The notes beneath the pieces are model-generated. The model saw only the letters and a list, made by a program, of their open reading frames with translations. It made no database searches and was not told the origin of the DNA. A stretch of DNA of 64,000 bases from Octopus vulgaris (Eukaryota). Of the stretch, positions 14,889 through 28,800 are shown in pieces (within the stretch, counting starts at the first letter, position 1; the number at the start of each line of letters is the position of its first letter). The stretch lies in assembly GCA_951406725.2 (NCBI GenBank), contig OX597826.1:65844001-65908000 (forward strand), given 5' to 3'. The translations under genes and the position numbers were made by a program.

Positions 14889-15112
14889 CAGTAAACCCTC
14901 GCCATATTGCAGGTCACATATCGACGGTTATTATTTAAGCTTACGTCAACTCCTCCATATTGTTGTTTTGCATTTATAATAAAATAAATATATACAAATT
15001 ATAAAAATAATTTAAAAAAAATATACAGTACAGTACTGCTTCTACTTCGCGGATTTTCACTTATCGCGTGGGGTTTAGGAGCGTAACACCCGCGATATAC
15101 GAGGGATTACTG
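14889..15112. mobile_element. pogo/Tigger-like MITE with TA TSD
   Basis: TIRs CAGTAAACCCTCG / CGAGGGATTACTG, each flanked by TA (14887-14888, 15113-15114). Confidence 0.88.
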
Positions 15113-15146
15113 TAATGCATTCGGAAAGTTGAATACACGTTTATAT

Positions 15147-15528
15147 ATATTTCTTTACTGCCCACAAGGGGCTAAACAGAGGGGACAAACAAGGACATAC
15201 AAACGGATTAAGTCGATTACATCGACCCCAGTGCGAAACTGGTACTTTATTTATCGACCCGAAAGGATAAAAGGCAAAGTCGACCTCAGCGGAATTTGAA
15301 CTCAGAACGTAACGACAGACGAAATACCTATTCCCTTACTACCCACAAGGGGCTAAACACAGAGAGGGCAAACAGGACAGACAAACGGATTAAGTCGATT
15401 TATCGACCCCAGTGCGTAACTGGTACTTATTTAATCGACCCCGACAGGATGAAACTCAGAACGTAGTGGCAGACGAAATTCCGCTAAGCATTTCGCCCGG
15501 CGCGCTAACGTTTCTGCCAGCTCGCCAC
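15147..15528 (-). mobile_element. SINE family A tandem dimer inserted in the RTE LINE
   Basis: Two consecutive family A 3' portions followed by one head. Confidence 0.85.
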
Positions 15529-16459
15529 ATTTATTGTCTCGGCATGGAATTTCAATAGAGACAAAGTTGAAGGCCTACAATACTTGTGTTTTGTCTTCGT
15601 TGCTATATGCATGTGAGACCTTGGTTAATTATTCATGACATGGAAAAGCGATTTTACCAGCAATTTCCATCATATACTGGATATCCAATGGCAAATGTAT
15701 GTAAATGAAACTGAAGTCCTTGAAAGTAGCCAGTCTACCGTATATAGTCTCTGGTACTTCAGCACTGATTACGATGGAGTGTTCTTGTGGTCAGGATGGA
15801 AGTGATCGAACGCCTTTGCAGATTAGTCCGAGGGAAAAGACCAGCATACACCGAAATTAAGGTATAAAAACTGCATCAAGAATACCTTGGAGGATGTCAT
15901 ATTCTTGGAAAATGGATGGAGAAACCTCCCTTTAGCTCGTTCGTTATGAAAAATAAAAGCAGTACATCATGAGAGGAAAGAATTTCACTAAAATTGCATC
16001 GTGCATTAATAGCTCAAGAGAGACGCTCATAAGAGCATTGATGTGAATTTCTTTGAGCATGTTGGCACACGGCCCAATTTAACATGTTATGAATGTGGGC
16101 CTGTCTGTCTAAGTAGGTCAGGTCTTAGAAGTCATCAGAGAAGCTCCCACACCGGGAAGTTGTTAACTAGGCATAATAAGGCAACTCTCCTTGCAGAGAA
16201 TGCAGAAAACAATGTGCGTCAGGAGGTGGATTGAAATATTATTTGAAGGTTCATCAAAACAATATTATAACACTTACTGCAAGAGGAACCCATCATCGCC
16301 TCATCAGTACAAAAGTGTAAATCCCTGGCGGGAATGAATTGACATATCTATCCTGATAATGTTTAAGAGAACAATCAAGTGATTGCACTACTCGAAATCG
16401 AGTTGGAACTATCTTCTATATATGTATGTACGTACATACGTACATGTGTGTGTGGTGTG

Positions 16460-16493
<34 letters not shown>

Positions 16494-16626
16494 TGTATGT
16501 ATGTATGTATGTATGTATGTATGTACGTACGTACATGTGTGTGTGGTGTGTATATATGTATGTATGTATGTATGTATTTATGTATGTATGTATGTATGTA
16601 TGTATGTATGTATGTATGTATGTATG

Positions 16627-16715
<89 letters not shown>

Positions 16716-17459
16716 ATCTATGCTCTTTCATTTTTAATACCCTGTAATCGTCTTGAAAGAAGGGTTTAATTTCTAAGTAAGAAACGACTAAATTGCACAA
16801 CTATAAAGGGAAAGGTTGAATTTCAGAAAACTCTTGCATAGTTTTACTATTCTACTTACAGAGCGAATCTACAGAATACGTGTTCAAAGGCCTCTTTGTT
16901 TGCCTGAAGAACCTCAGTGTGTATAATGGTTATCCATAAACGTTCTCCATAAGTAGTTATCCATAAACGTTCTCTTTCTCACTGATCTCGAATGAAATAT
17001 TCCACAAAAACCTGGACTGCTGACATGGCTGAAAAGAACTACATCTATACCTGTGTGTTTGCATTTAATAGAAATTTCGATGAGAATGTCCCACCATTAT
17101 TTCTGGCTTTGAAATATAGAAATATTTTTCTATATACCAAGGCAATGTTTACGGCGGCAGCATTGTATATTGTTATAGTAACAATGTCATGACATTGGTG
17201 AAAAGTGCCTCAGCAACATTTTAGAGTAGCAACTGATTACATGTGTTCTTTTCTTCTTCCAACATAAGCAACAGAATTGACATTTTCGATCGCATTTGGG
17301 AGCTTAAGAGTTTCACTGCGATATTCTTCTTCGGCATATGTGTTGTGGCTATCTCTTGCTCTTGAATGTGGATTTGTTTGTACGTATGTATGAAAGTATT
17401 TACGCATCACCATCACCGTCGCCACCGCCATCACCACCGACACCACCACCACCACCACC

Positions 17460-17730
17460 AGTTAACATCTGGTTTTCTCTGTTAGCATTTGCTGCACTTG
17501 TTCTTCTCCAATACGTCTCACAACTTATAACAGTCTTTGTTGTCTTTCTCTTTTGCGTGTTTGAACATTCTGAGATCAACCACCATTTTTTTTTCAATCT
17601 TCCATTTGCGCAGGTCTCTCCCATTTAAATCATTTGGCACTTCTTTCTCCGACTGTGATCCTCCGCAATCTTCTCTCACTACATTTAATTCTCTTATATT
17701 TAGTTTTTCTCTCAACTCATTCATTCAACA
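17460..17730 (-). mobile_element. Highly decayed R4/Dong-like LINE fragment
   Basis: Minus-strand remnants resembling the region before the CCHC knuckle (...NKCSKC*QREPDVN). Confidence 0.35.
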
Positions 17731-17734
17731 TTGA

Positions 17735-17880
17735 CAATACACGTCCAAGGAACAGTATTCGCCGTCTCATTTCTTTCCAGCTTTCACACATCCAAGGAAC
17801 AGTACCCGTTTCATTTCTGTCCAACTTTCACACATCCAAGGAACAGTACCCGTCACATTTCAGTCCAGTTTTCACACATC
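17735..17880. repeat. ~44-bp tandem repeat x3
   Basis: CACATCCAAGGAACAGTACCCGT...TTTCA repeated. Confidence 0.8.
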
Positions 17881-18137
17881 GATCGTATTCAACACTTGTG
17901 TTTCACTTGATAAGCAATATTGCATTTCATATGCAAGCATCGTACTATCTTCAATAGGGTTGTGAGCCCTTTTGTTTTCCTCAGCAGTTACTGGCTCCTG
18001 GACTTTTCCATCTTGCTCTTACATTGGTTACCTTTCCTCCAGAACACCTACCTCCATAACTCATCAAAATATCAAAAACTTGTTAGCTATTTATTTGTTT
18101 TTCAACATAAGTGTATGTTTGTTTGTCTATATATTTT

Positions 18138-18173
<36 letters not shown>

Positions 18174-18289
18174 ATTTGTGTGTGCTTATATGTGTGCATA
18201 TATGAATACTTAAGCATATATATTTTCTCTTCCTAATTGGACCTTTAAAGTTACTTTTGATTTTGCTGCCTGCTCGGTGGCAAGGCTGT

Positions 18290-18480
18290 TAAGAAAAGAT
18301 ATTAAAAGAAGTCCAGAAACAGGTGTAAACAACGAGATACAATTGGGAGTTGGCTGGAAAATTGAAGTAGAAATCGAGCGTTTGAGTGACCCGGTGCTGT
18401 TCCGTCGAACGACAAACAAACGATCTCTAAAATAATCACCTAACTTCCGACCAATTTCTCCGACATACAATAAACCAAGG
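18290..18480 (-). mobile_element. Penelope-like element GIY-YIG endonuclease remnant
   Basis: Minus strand GLLYVGEIGRKLGDYFRDRL...YFNFP resembles the PLE YIGETGRRLxxRFxEH...HFN motif. Confidence 0.6.
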
Positions 18481-18609
18481 AGTTAGGATTTAGCATAGTA
18501 GTTAATGAATAGAGTGGAGGTTCGCTTGAAGTATTGTAAAATAATAAAAGAACAATGCACACAGCTTACAATGCAAAGAAAGATTCAAGGATTTATCATT
18601 TCCTTGTTC

Positions 18610-19161
18610 CAGGGCCCTCGCTAAGTCCTTACAGCCCCTGCGGTCGCAGATGAGTCATTATTTGCTTTGGTTAAGATGTTGAACAAGAATTAAACTATGT
18701 TAACTGAAGAATTCAAGAAATAAAATGGTAATACATTGTACCTTCTAAAGTTCTTGTAAAAATATTACATTGTACCACGAACGTGTATCAGACTTTGTGG
18801 ATTGTCTATGATATCTATTGAACACGAACTTAGCTCTCAGCTTGATTATTCTGAACTGATCGATGATTTCACAAAGCAAAAAGTGCGCCGTGTTTGTCTT
18901 TGAAAATTGCCTGGATTATAAAAGTACTCTTTATTCATATCTGGAAGTTTTACTTATTGAAGTTCATAATGGGCCTAAATAAATTTAAGCTGTACTTTAA
19001 AAAAATGTTCTTTAGGATAACGTGAAAGATTGAACTTCAGACAGAATGAAGTAAAATACAGCTATGAATAAAAGGTGCGTAGATTATGAATTTTGATTGA
19101 AGGGATGGGGCCTCGAAACAAAATGTTGCAGGGGTCCTCTAAAAGTCACGCGACGGAGCTG
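18610..19161 (+). mobile_element. hAT non-autonomous deletion derivative with 8-bp TSD
   Basis: Imperfect TIRs CAGGGCCCTCGC / GCGACGGAGCTG. Flanks CCTTGTTC (18602-18609) and CCTTGTAC (19162-19169). Internal C-terminal transposase remnant LSMISIEHELSSQLDYSELIDDFTKQKVRRV* (~18800-18903). Confidence 0.8.
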
Positions 19162-19741
19162 CCTTGTACATATATCGGATGAGCTATCCGTCTAATTTGT
19201 TGGTGCCTTCCTCTGCAACAGTACATTGTCTTGTATTACTGTGTATATGCGTGCATGATCGTATGTAAGTGTTTGTATGTGAGTGTATGTTAAGCTAATG
19301 GGTCAGTATTAAGATAAAATGGCTTGATGCCAATTAGTGTTACTTCCCCCTACAATGAAGACTTCACATCCTTCTATATTTTAATGTATTAGATGAGGAG
19401 GATAGGATCTACCCATGTCGTTAACTCCCTATATATATATGGGATGAACAGGATGTCATTAACCCAAAGATGTACTAGGTTATTAAAAGAGGGCAACAGG
19501 GACGGCCATAAAAAAGAAAGCAAGGGTGAGAGAAAGAAAGAGAAAAAGAAATGATTCCCAGGACCTGAGTGGATCTATATGTATAGACTGCGATAACGTA
19601 GAAGATAAAATTAACTTCTGTGGATTTTGAACTCAGAACGTAGAAATCCTGAAAAGATACACGGCGTCTTATGCAAGAATGACTTGCAGAGAATTCCTTA
19701 TATCCAATGTATAGCCACAGAATTTAAGATAGATTGCATTG

Positions 19742-20147
<406 letters not shown>

Positions 20148-20679
20148 GTACATTAAAGCGCGTGTTTTATCTTACGAGTATCAGCTGGGTGTGTCAGTAT
20201 GGGCTTGGTACGAGTGAGAGAGTGTATAATCATTTGGGTTGGCTTTTATTCACCCTACATCCCACCCGACCTATATCAATCTTGGCTGATAAACAAACAT
20301 TCTCATCAACCCAACCGCTTATCCTAAAAGATCTGTTGGCGTGAGTGACAGTTGTGACTGTGAACCGAAACCCGAAACACGTCGTTTGCAAACATATGGT
20401 TGTGATGGTGGTGGTGCTGGTGCTGGTGGTGTATACAAGTGTATGCTCTCCTCTATGTGTGTGTGTGAGTGTGTGTGTGTGCGCGCGTGTACATTATACT
20501 AGGTGCGTATTATATTAGCCGTATTATAGGTCCCCGGGCAAATCAATGTACAGGGGCCCGTAAGTATTTATTTATTGACAGCAAGCCACAACATACATAA
20601 ATGAGAATTGGGGTTCTGTATAATTGTGGGCCCCTGGGCATGTGCCCAGTATGACCTCCCCCACCCCAACCATGTCTTA

Positions 20680-21215
20680 AGAGAGCGTCTTTTTCACATT
20701 TTACTAAGTACCACTTACATAACTCCATTCTTCGGTCCAGATCCCTTCATTGAGAGTATGGACTTTTCTGGAAGTGTAACTTTTCCAATAACCTCGATTC
20801 AAAATTAGATGGACGTTTGATTTTTAAATTCCTATCTCACAACTTGCTCGCCGCAGAAATTTTCTGGAACCTTTCTAGAACACTTTGTTGTTTCGTGAAG
20901 CTTGTTGCCGTCTTCCGTCTTCCGAAGCAAACTTTTCTTGTGGACATTCTGAACAGTTTTATTGGCTTCGAACTTATTACTTATTCGAGTGATGGCTAGT
21001 CGCACTGGTGGTTCTGTTTGAAACTCCTTCCTAAAAGATCTATGCTATTCAATTGCATTTTCAGATTTCCCGTAACACATTGGCACAAATCACCTTTGTT
21101 CAAAGTATAATCTGGCTCCCTTCATTATTTTTGATGGGTTTAATATAAAAAGAAATGAAAATTGAGTGAGCTATCAACTGTTAAAATGTGTAAACAGTTT
21201 TTTGGTACATCCTGA
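20680..21215 (-). mobile_element. Tc1/mariner-superfamily transposon 5' remnant (DUF4817-type HTH N-terminus)
   Basis: Minus strand reads FRKEFQTEPPVRLAITRISNKFEANKTVQNVHK...VHTLNE..DRRMELCKWYL with stops and frameshifts. TIR-like CAGGATGTACCAAAAA at ~21215. Confidence 0.7.
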
Positions 21216-21254
21216 ATATGTACACACATACACACGAACACACACGAACACACA

Positions 21255-21293
<39 letters not shown>

Positions 21294-21441
21294 ACACACA
21301 TACACACGCACACACACACACACGAGCACACGGGCACACTTTACTTACGTTAAAATAAGCATTCTACATTCTAATGTTTTTCTTTGCGGATTACTTTATA
21401 CCATAGGGATTAAATTCCTATTATACCATAGTGATTAAATC

Positions 21442-21829
21442 TAAGCCATAGTGATTAAATTCATATAACAAGTTTAAAACAGACTCATACCAAGAACTGC
21501 ATGCATTCGGAATCCCTAAGGGGTTCTTTCCAAGAAAATGAAGTTTTAAGTATTCGGACATCTCAACGATGTTTTAGTTAGTTTCGCTCGGGAGAGTTTT
21601 CTCTTACAGATTGATCTCGATCAAGAGACGAAATTCTGTAAATATATTGATCGAGATCAATCTGTAAGAGAAAACTCTCCCGAGCGAAACTAACCAAAAC
21701 ATTGTTGAGATGTCCGAACACTTAAAACTTCATTTTCTTGGAAAGAACCCCTTTGGGATTCCGAATGCATGCAGTTCTTGGTATGAGTCTGGTTTAAACT
21801 TGTTATATGAATTTAATCACTATGGTTTA
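21442..21829. repeat. Long near-perfect inverted repeat (183-bp arms, 22-nt loop)
   Basis: Arms 21442-21624 and 21647-21829; six mismatches counted by eye. Confidence 0.95.
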
Positions 21830-21867
<38 letters not shown>

Positions 21868-22083
21868 AGATAAGAAAATGGAGAAATACATCTAAATTAA
21901 ATATCAATTACCAGATAATACTCAATCACATACTTTATTAAACCACCACATAAGAGACTATATGGTTAAATATAAAAAGCAGAACAAATAAGTGTACATA
22001 AAGGAATGTACATAAAAAGTGTACATAAAAGAGTAATGTTGTATAATAAGTAGAATATATATAAAAGAGAATATAAATATAAG

Positions 22084-22134
<51 letters not shown>

Positions 22135-22545
22135 GTATGTATATTCATATAAACATGCGGTATGTTTTCTATTCAGGGCTTTAGACCAAAGTCCACAATA
22201 AGTGGGTTAGAGTATAGTTGGTACTACAAGTCATAAATTTCCGGCTATTAATAAATATACTTTATTATTTTCCGTTATTTTTTGTTTATTGAGTAACTGA
22301 AATCCTGCGGGAATGTCTATAAGTTGATAAATACCAACTATTGATCCCCTCCATTTTCTATATAAATTAATTGCTATATAAATTAAGGGTAAAATAACTT
22401 TTTACCCTCACACATTTATTACACTCGGCAATGTAATTGCCATGCAATGAAAAAACACTTGTGTATTAATAATTGGGTATTTTACCAGCATTATATTGGA
22501 TATATATTATCCCTTAGTTGGATTCACAACCTCCATCTCTCTTGG

Positions 22546-22587
<42 letters not shown>

Positions 22588-22873
22588 TTCAATTTACAAA
22601 TACATATATAAGTCGGCTCCAGCTCGTATCCGAGCATCAGGTTCGTCAGTTTCCATCCAGTCTCCTCGGCTGATGTTTGTGCCGAAAGTGACTCTGGAGT
22701 CCAAGTCGGGGGTGAAAGAGTCGTGGGCAGAACTCGCACGGGATGGTCGATGCAGGCTGAGGATGTTGAAGATGCTCCTTTCTTCTCCTGCGTTTTGCCT
22801 CCTCATTCTGTTGTATGTTCTTCTCGAAGAAGCTGTCCTATCCATGGTAATATGTCCTTGCCACGACATGGAC

Positions 22874-22906
<33 letters not shown>

Positions 22907-23039
22907 TAAAATTAGTGTACATTGAAACACAAAAGAGGTGAACCTAACAGGACACCTTACATGCTAGAAGGAACAGTCAAAGTCCAAACCACGGTTAAGA
23001 GCAATTTTGAAGGGAATGAAAAATAAAAAAAACATTTGC

Positions 23040-23111
23040 AATATTTACCTCCCGGACTTAGGTTTCGAACTTTAATTAACAAATAAAACCTAGGTCCGGG
23101 ATGTAAATATT
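23040..23111. repeat. 26-bp inverted repeat carrying a hammerhead 3' half
   Basis: AATATTTACCTCCCGGACTTAGGTTT / AAACCTAGGTCCGGGATGTAAATATT. Confidence 0.85.
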
Positions 23112-23153
23112 TTAATTGTTTTATATTTATATATATATATGTATGTATGTATA

Positions 23154-23234
<81 letters not shown>

Positions 23235-23592
23235 GTGTTTGTGTCTGTATATGCGTGTGCATATACAGACACGACATATAAGCATATATATATATGTAAG
23301 TAATCTGTGTACTGAAATGTAAACATAATCCGATGTGACCATCACAATCTCAAGAGTTATGTGCAGTACATGGGTTAATATATATTTATGAAAACCGGCC
23401 ATGTTCATACTTTTTTCCATTTTATTCTATTTATTATTATTATTATTTTGTTTTGTTGCTATATACCACATTCTTGCGTTTTGTGTAACTTCTAAGAATA
23501 CATACATGCATACAAACATTCAGAAACACAGACTTAGGTTTTGCAGACACGCTCACACACATCTCTACATACATACATACATACATACATAC

Positions 23593-23623
<31 letters not shown>

Positions 23624-24029
23624 CATACATACATTCTCATTCACACAAATATAAGGTGTTTTACTATACATGACCTAATGTTTTCATACACTCACATGCA
23701 CATATATATACACATTCACAAAAACACACATATATACACTCACGCATACACAAATGTAAGGTGTTTCACTATTCGTAGTCTGCTGTTTTGACACACACAC
23801 ACACACACACACTGCCACAGTTTTGCGGTTATTTGCAACACGATATGTCTCTAGCATTCTGAGTTGCTGACAAGAGAACTTACGACGCTGACATAATTAA
23901 GTAAACTGACAAAGAACTCCTACTTTACAGAAATCACTGGCAGACTCTACTGAAAAGAAATAAACGAAACGCGAAAATAGGAATCAAAAACCCCATACAT
24001 AGGAAGGAGTAGTATATTCTTCTTGTGGA

Positions 24030-24142
<113 letters not shown>

Positions 24143-24421
24143 GTATGTATATGTACGTACATACACAAATATATGTCTGTGTGTGTATATATATATGCAT
24201 GTATGTGTGAATATGTTATGTATACACACACACACACACATATATATATGTATATGTATGAATATATATATACACATATGCTATGTATATATATATATAA
24301 AACATACGTATATATACCCGAATGTAAATATATGCAAATATACGTTTCTGTACATGTATATCGGTACGTAAGTGTGTGTGCATGTGCTCGTATATATTTA
24401 TGTATACATACTTACATACAT

Positions 24422-24503
<82 letters not shown>

Positions 24504-25073
24504 GCACATCCATGCACATAATATCCACTTATTTAATTTCGCTACAGAAATAGATCCTGCTGACAAAGCAACGTCTCCCGACATCGTTGAATGAGGATCG
24601 AAACGTCTAGTTTCATTAGAAAGACTAAATATATATTTATTTATCTATTATACGTATTATATACGAGTACCGTACATATATTTATTCTCATTTATCATGC
24701 TTCACTCGTGCTATAGATATTTATATCCGGTCTTTAACTAAGTAAATAATGATGAAAATTTCTTGATGCTGATTCGAAATCCCAGTTACCCAATGCAGAT
24801 ATTTTATTGGCGTATTTTATCGAGGATCTCTTACCTAATATATTCATAGCTTCTCTAAAATGTACATTCTTTTTGCCTTTTTGTAATGTTTTTCACCATT
24901 TCCCAGTGTGTATTTCGTTTACGCCTTTCCAGCACAACTTTATGATCGTCAACTGATTTATGGTAAGTAATCAATCTTGAGTGACTTTTGCAGTTTTTTC
25001 CAAGAAATTCCGTGTAGTAATTTGGTTCACTCAGACACTGTTTTGAATAACTATACATTCTCTACATTCTATA

Positions 25074-25132
<59 letters not shown>

Positions 25133-25207
25133 GTACGTATAAACATAGACACATACACATACAAGAATACAAGAGTTAAGGAATGGAGTTGGTAAGATCC
25201 GGTCCAC

Positions 25208-25393
25208 ATGTTTCATAGAGAGCGGAACCTCAGAAGTGGTAAATATCCAAGCGAGGTGTATACCGCAGGCTACTCTTCAAGCCAATGATATCTTGATTAA
25301 ATGAAAGTTTACATCGGGGTTAACATGTACTTCCTTGCGACGATGTAAACTTCGATATTTATTACTTCATAGGTTCCGCTCTCTATGAAACAT
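25208..25393. repeat. Fold-back with ~40-bp outer arms and a 12-bp inner hairpin
   Basis: ATGTTTCATAGAGAGCGGAACCT / AGGTTCCGCTCTCTATGAAACAT, plus AAGTTTACATCG / CGATGTAAACTT. Confidence 0.88.
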
Positions 25394-25402
25394 ATGTAAC
25401 CT

Positions 25403-25502
<100 letters not shown>

Positions 25503-25726
25503 TGTGTGTGTGTGTGTCTGTGTGTGTGTGTATGTATATGTGTGTGTAAAATACCTATATCGATATCATCCTTGATATTATTTTCAAAAGTGTCTTCATT
25601 TTACATTTTATCTGTATTGATGTATCATTATATTATTGTCGAAAACGCGGTTACATTCCACTTTTATTGAGTTCTCTATTTTATTGCTGTGTATAAAGAA
25701 ATATTTCCATTAAAATTGCGAATATT

Positions 25727-25760
<34 letters not shown>

Positions 25761-25779
25761 TGTGTGTGTGTGTGCGTGG

Positions 25780-25810
<31 letters not shown>

Positions 25811-26094
25811 GCGAGAGAAAGAGAGTATGTATGTACATATACATACATACGAGGTGGAATAAAAAAAACTTGCAAGCTATTCTATCCGATGTTATAACAT
25901 TCTGAAAACTGAATCCGCTGATTTTATTGGCATTATCTCCCTTTAATGATACACTTTCAAACTGAGTTTAAATCATTTTGTCAAATTCACTATAAACCAT
26001 ACCGTATATATACATGTGTGTGTATGCATAATATATATTACGCAGAAACGGCAAAATTTAGCCATTTCTCTGCAGACTGTAAAAACGATAAACA

Positions 26095-26137
26095 ACCTTA
26101 ATCAGTTTTCGAACCTTATTGGGTTCTCATCAGAGGC
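26095..26137 (-). ncRNA. Minimal hammerhead ribozyme motif
   Basis: Minus strand: GCCT-CTGATGA-GAACC-CAATAA-GGTTC-GAAA-ACTGAT-TA-AGGT. Confidence 0.7.
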
Positions 26138-26318
26138 GTCTACATCATTATGAGGGATTGGCTGCCAAACTGTTTATATCCTCAACAAATGCAGCAGTTA
26201 CTCTATGAAGGAGTCCCTAATTTGTATACCAAAAGTGCTTAACACTGTTTAAATAACAGCGGTCTGTCAACGGGGATCTTTGTTCACACAGTATCAAGGT
26301 ATGATATATTGAATGTGT

Positions 26319-26365
<47 letters not shown>

Positions 26366-26418
26366 GTGTCTGTATGTGTGTGTGTGTGTATATATATACA
26401 TACACACATATGTATATA

Positions 26419-26462
<44 letters not shown>

Positions 26463-26505
26463 TGTATATGTATACACACACACATACATATGTATATATA
26501 TATGC

Positions 26506-26539
<34 letters not shown>

Positions 26540-26581
26540 ATTTATATATATGCACATATATGTGTGTGTGTGTGTGTGTAT

Positions 26582-27099
<518 letters not shown>

Positions 27100-27199
27100 A
27101 AATTTCCTCATTCTACATTGGATACATGCTGTTGCCGCATTATGTCGTACGCGAATGAGAGATTTGCATCACACACATGTCCTTGTGGAAGCTGTTGTG

Positions 27200-27277
27200 C
27201 GCGCTGAAGAAGGCCACAGACATACATTATGCATTGTTATAAATCTGTCTAATAAAGGCCCGAAACATATGTACGTG
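27200..27277 (+). ncRNA. Minimal type I hammerhead ribozyme motif (Penelope-type)
   Basis: Stem I CGCG/CGTG, core CTGAAGA (27204-27210), stem II GGCC/GGCC, GAAA (27262), palindromic stem III ACATATGT, GUA cleavage triplet. Confidence 0.75.
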
Positions 27278-27346
27278 AATCCTTGCATCATGTTTTTATT
27301 TTGATCAATATATATATATATATATATACACATATATGGATACATC

Positions 27347-27436
<90 letters not shown>

Positions 27437-28329
27437 GTGTGTGTGTATGAAGAGAAAAAGAGGAGATAGTGAAACTGAGAGAGGAAGAGCGCCAGGGAAT
27501 GAGCACGGGGAGGAAACAAATATTTGATAAACATATGAGTCTGTTAATTAGACCATTAATTAATTAATTAACTAATTAATTAATAGCGTAATTAGATATA
27601 TCATATATTATCTTTCGTAACATTTGTGAGTACGCGGGTGGTAGTTGTGGTGGTGACGATGGTAGTGGTGGATGTTGGCTGTAGTCGTAGTAGTGATGGT
27701 AGATAGTAGATGGTAGGGGTGGTGGCGATGGTGGTGTTGGTGGATGTTGGTTGTGGTTGTAGTAGTGATGGTAGTGGTAGGTATAGTATTGCGATGAAGA
27801 GTGTAGTGGTAGCGTTGTTGCTAGTTACAGTAGTGGTATTCATAATCCTTGGAAGTGGTTGGACAACAAATCCCAGCCAGTCGGAATTCCCTGAACGATT
27901 GACTTCCACACTACTTAACTTTGGTGCTTGATTCCGTTGTAGTGTTTATCCTTTCGATCGCTGAATACAAAACGTGGCCCGCCCGCCCGCCAGCGAAACC
28001 TCCGGTCGGGTGATTTGTTCTGGGTCGCCAATATTACTAATTTATGTTGAGTGAACTGGAGCAAAATGAATAGAAGTGTTTTGCTCAATAACACAACGCA
28101 TCGCCCCGCCCAGGAATCGAGACTAAAATCTTACGATCATGAGTTCAACACTGTAACCACTGAGCCACATGCCCCCACTTTTATAAGTGAGAATAGTAGT
28201 AGTGGCGGTGGTCATATTTGTGGTGGTGAATAGTTAAATATTGGTCGCTCCTCAATCCCGGGGAGCCAAGATCGATCCCACTACATGACAGCTGATTGAC
28301 TTTATAATCATAACAAGTAACTTTACCGT

Positions 28330-28554
28330 AAGCCTCGGGCCGATCCAAGCCTTGCGATCGAAACTAGATACTCTGACACTGCGTAGAATCCCGTCTGCTA
28401 GATTGTACTTATAATTCAGAGCTACTTTCGCCGCGCACACTCATTCGGTATAAGAATTGCATAAGAGAATAAGTCCTGGGGTCGATTTGCTCGACTAAAG
28501 GCGGTGCTCCAGCATGGCCACAGTCAAATGACTGAAACAAGTAATGTGTAAAAA

Positions 28555-28589
<35 letters not shown>

Positions 28590-28800
28590 TGTATGTATGT
28601 ATGTATTTATGTATGTATTATGTGTCTGTGTTTGTCCCCCCATCGCCTGACAACTGATGTCGGTGTGTTTACGTTCCCGTAACTTAGTGGTTCGGCAAAA
28701 GAGACCGATAGAATAAGTATTAGGCTTACAAAGAGACGATTTGTTCAACTTAAAGCGATGCTCCAGTTTGGCTGCAGTCAAATGACTAAAAAGAGTAGAA
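28330..28800 (+). mobile_element. SINE family B partial copies
   Basis: Two 3' portions separated by (TATG)n. Confidence 0.7.

Larger units (their letters stand above)
14400..16150 (+). mobile_element. RTE-clade LINE remnant (RT domain to C-terminal C2H2 finger), interrupted by a MITE and a SINE
   Basis: Decayed frames: SDPILVENGIKQ, EPNIYVYGQKLQVVDKFVDLG, RIKKAS|NAFGKL, RHGISIETKLKAYNTCVLSSLLYACET and TCYECGPVCLSRSGLRSHQRS. Confidence 0.85.

Noticed and set aside
16043-16234. C2H2 zinc-finger gene exon
   Set aside because: The single finger is the C-terminus of the RTE LINE ORF.
27540-27600. TAAT cluster as a homeodomain enhancer
   Set aside because: Explained by a (TTAA)n simple repeat; no independent evidence.
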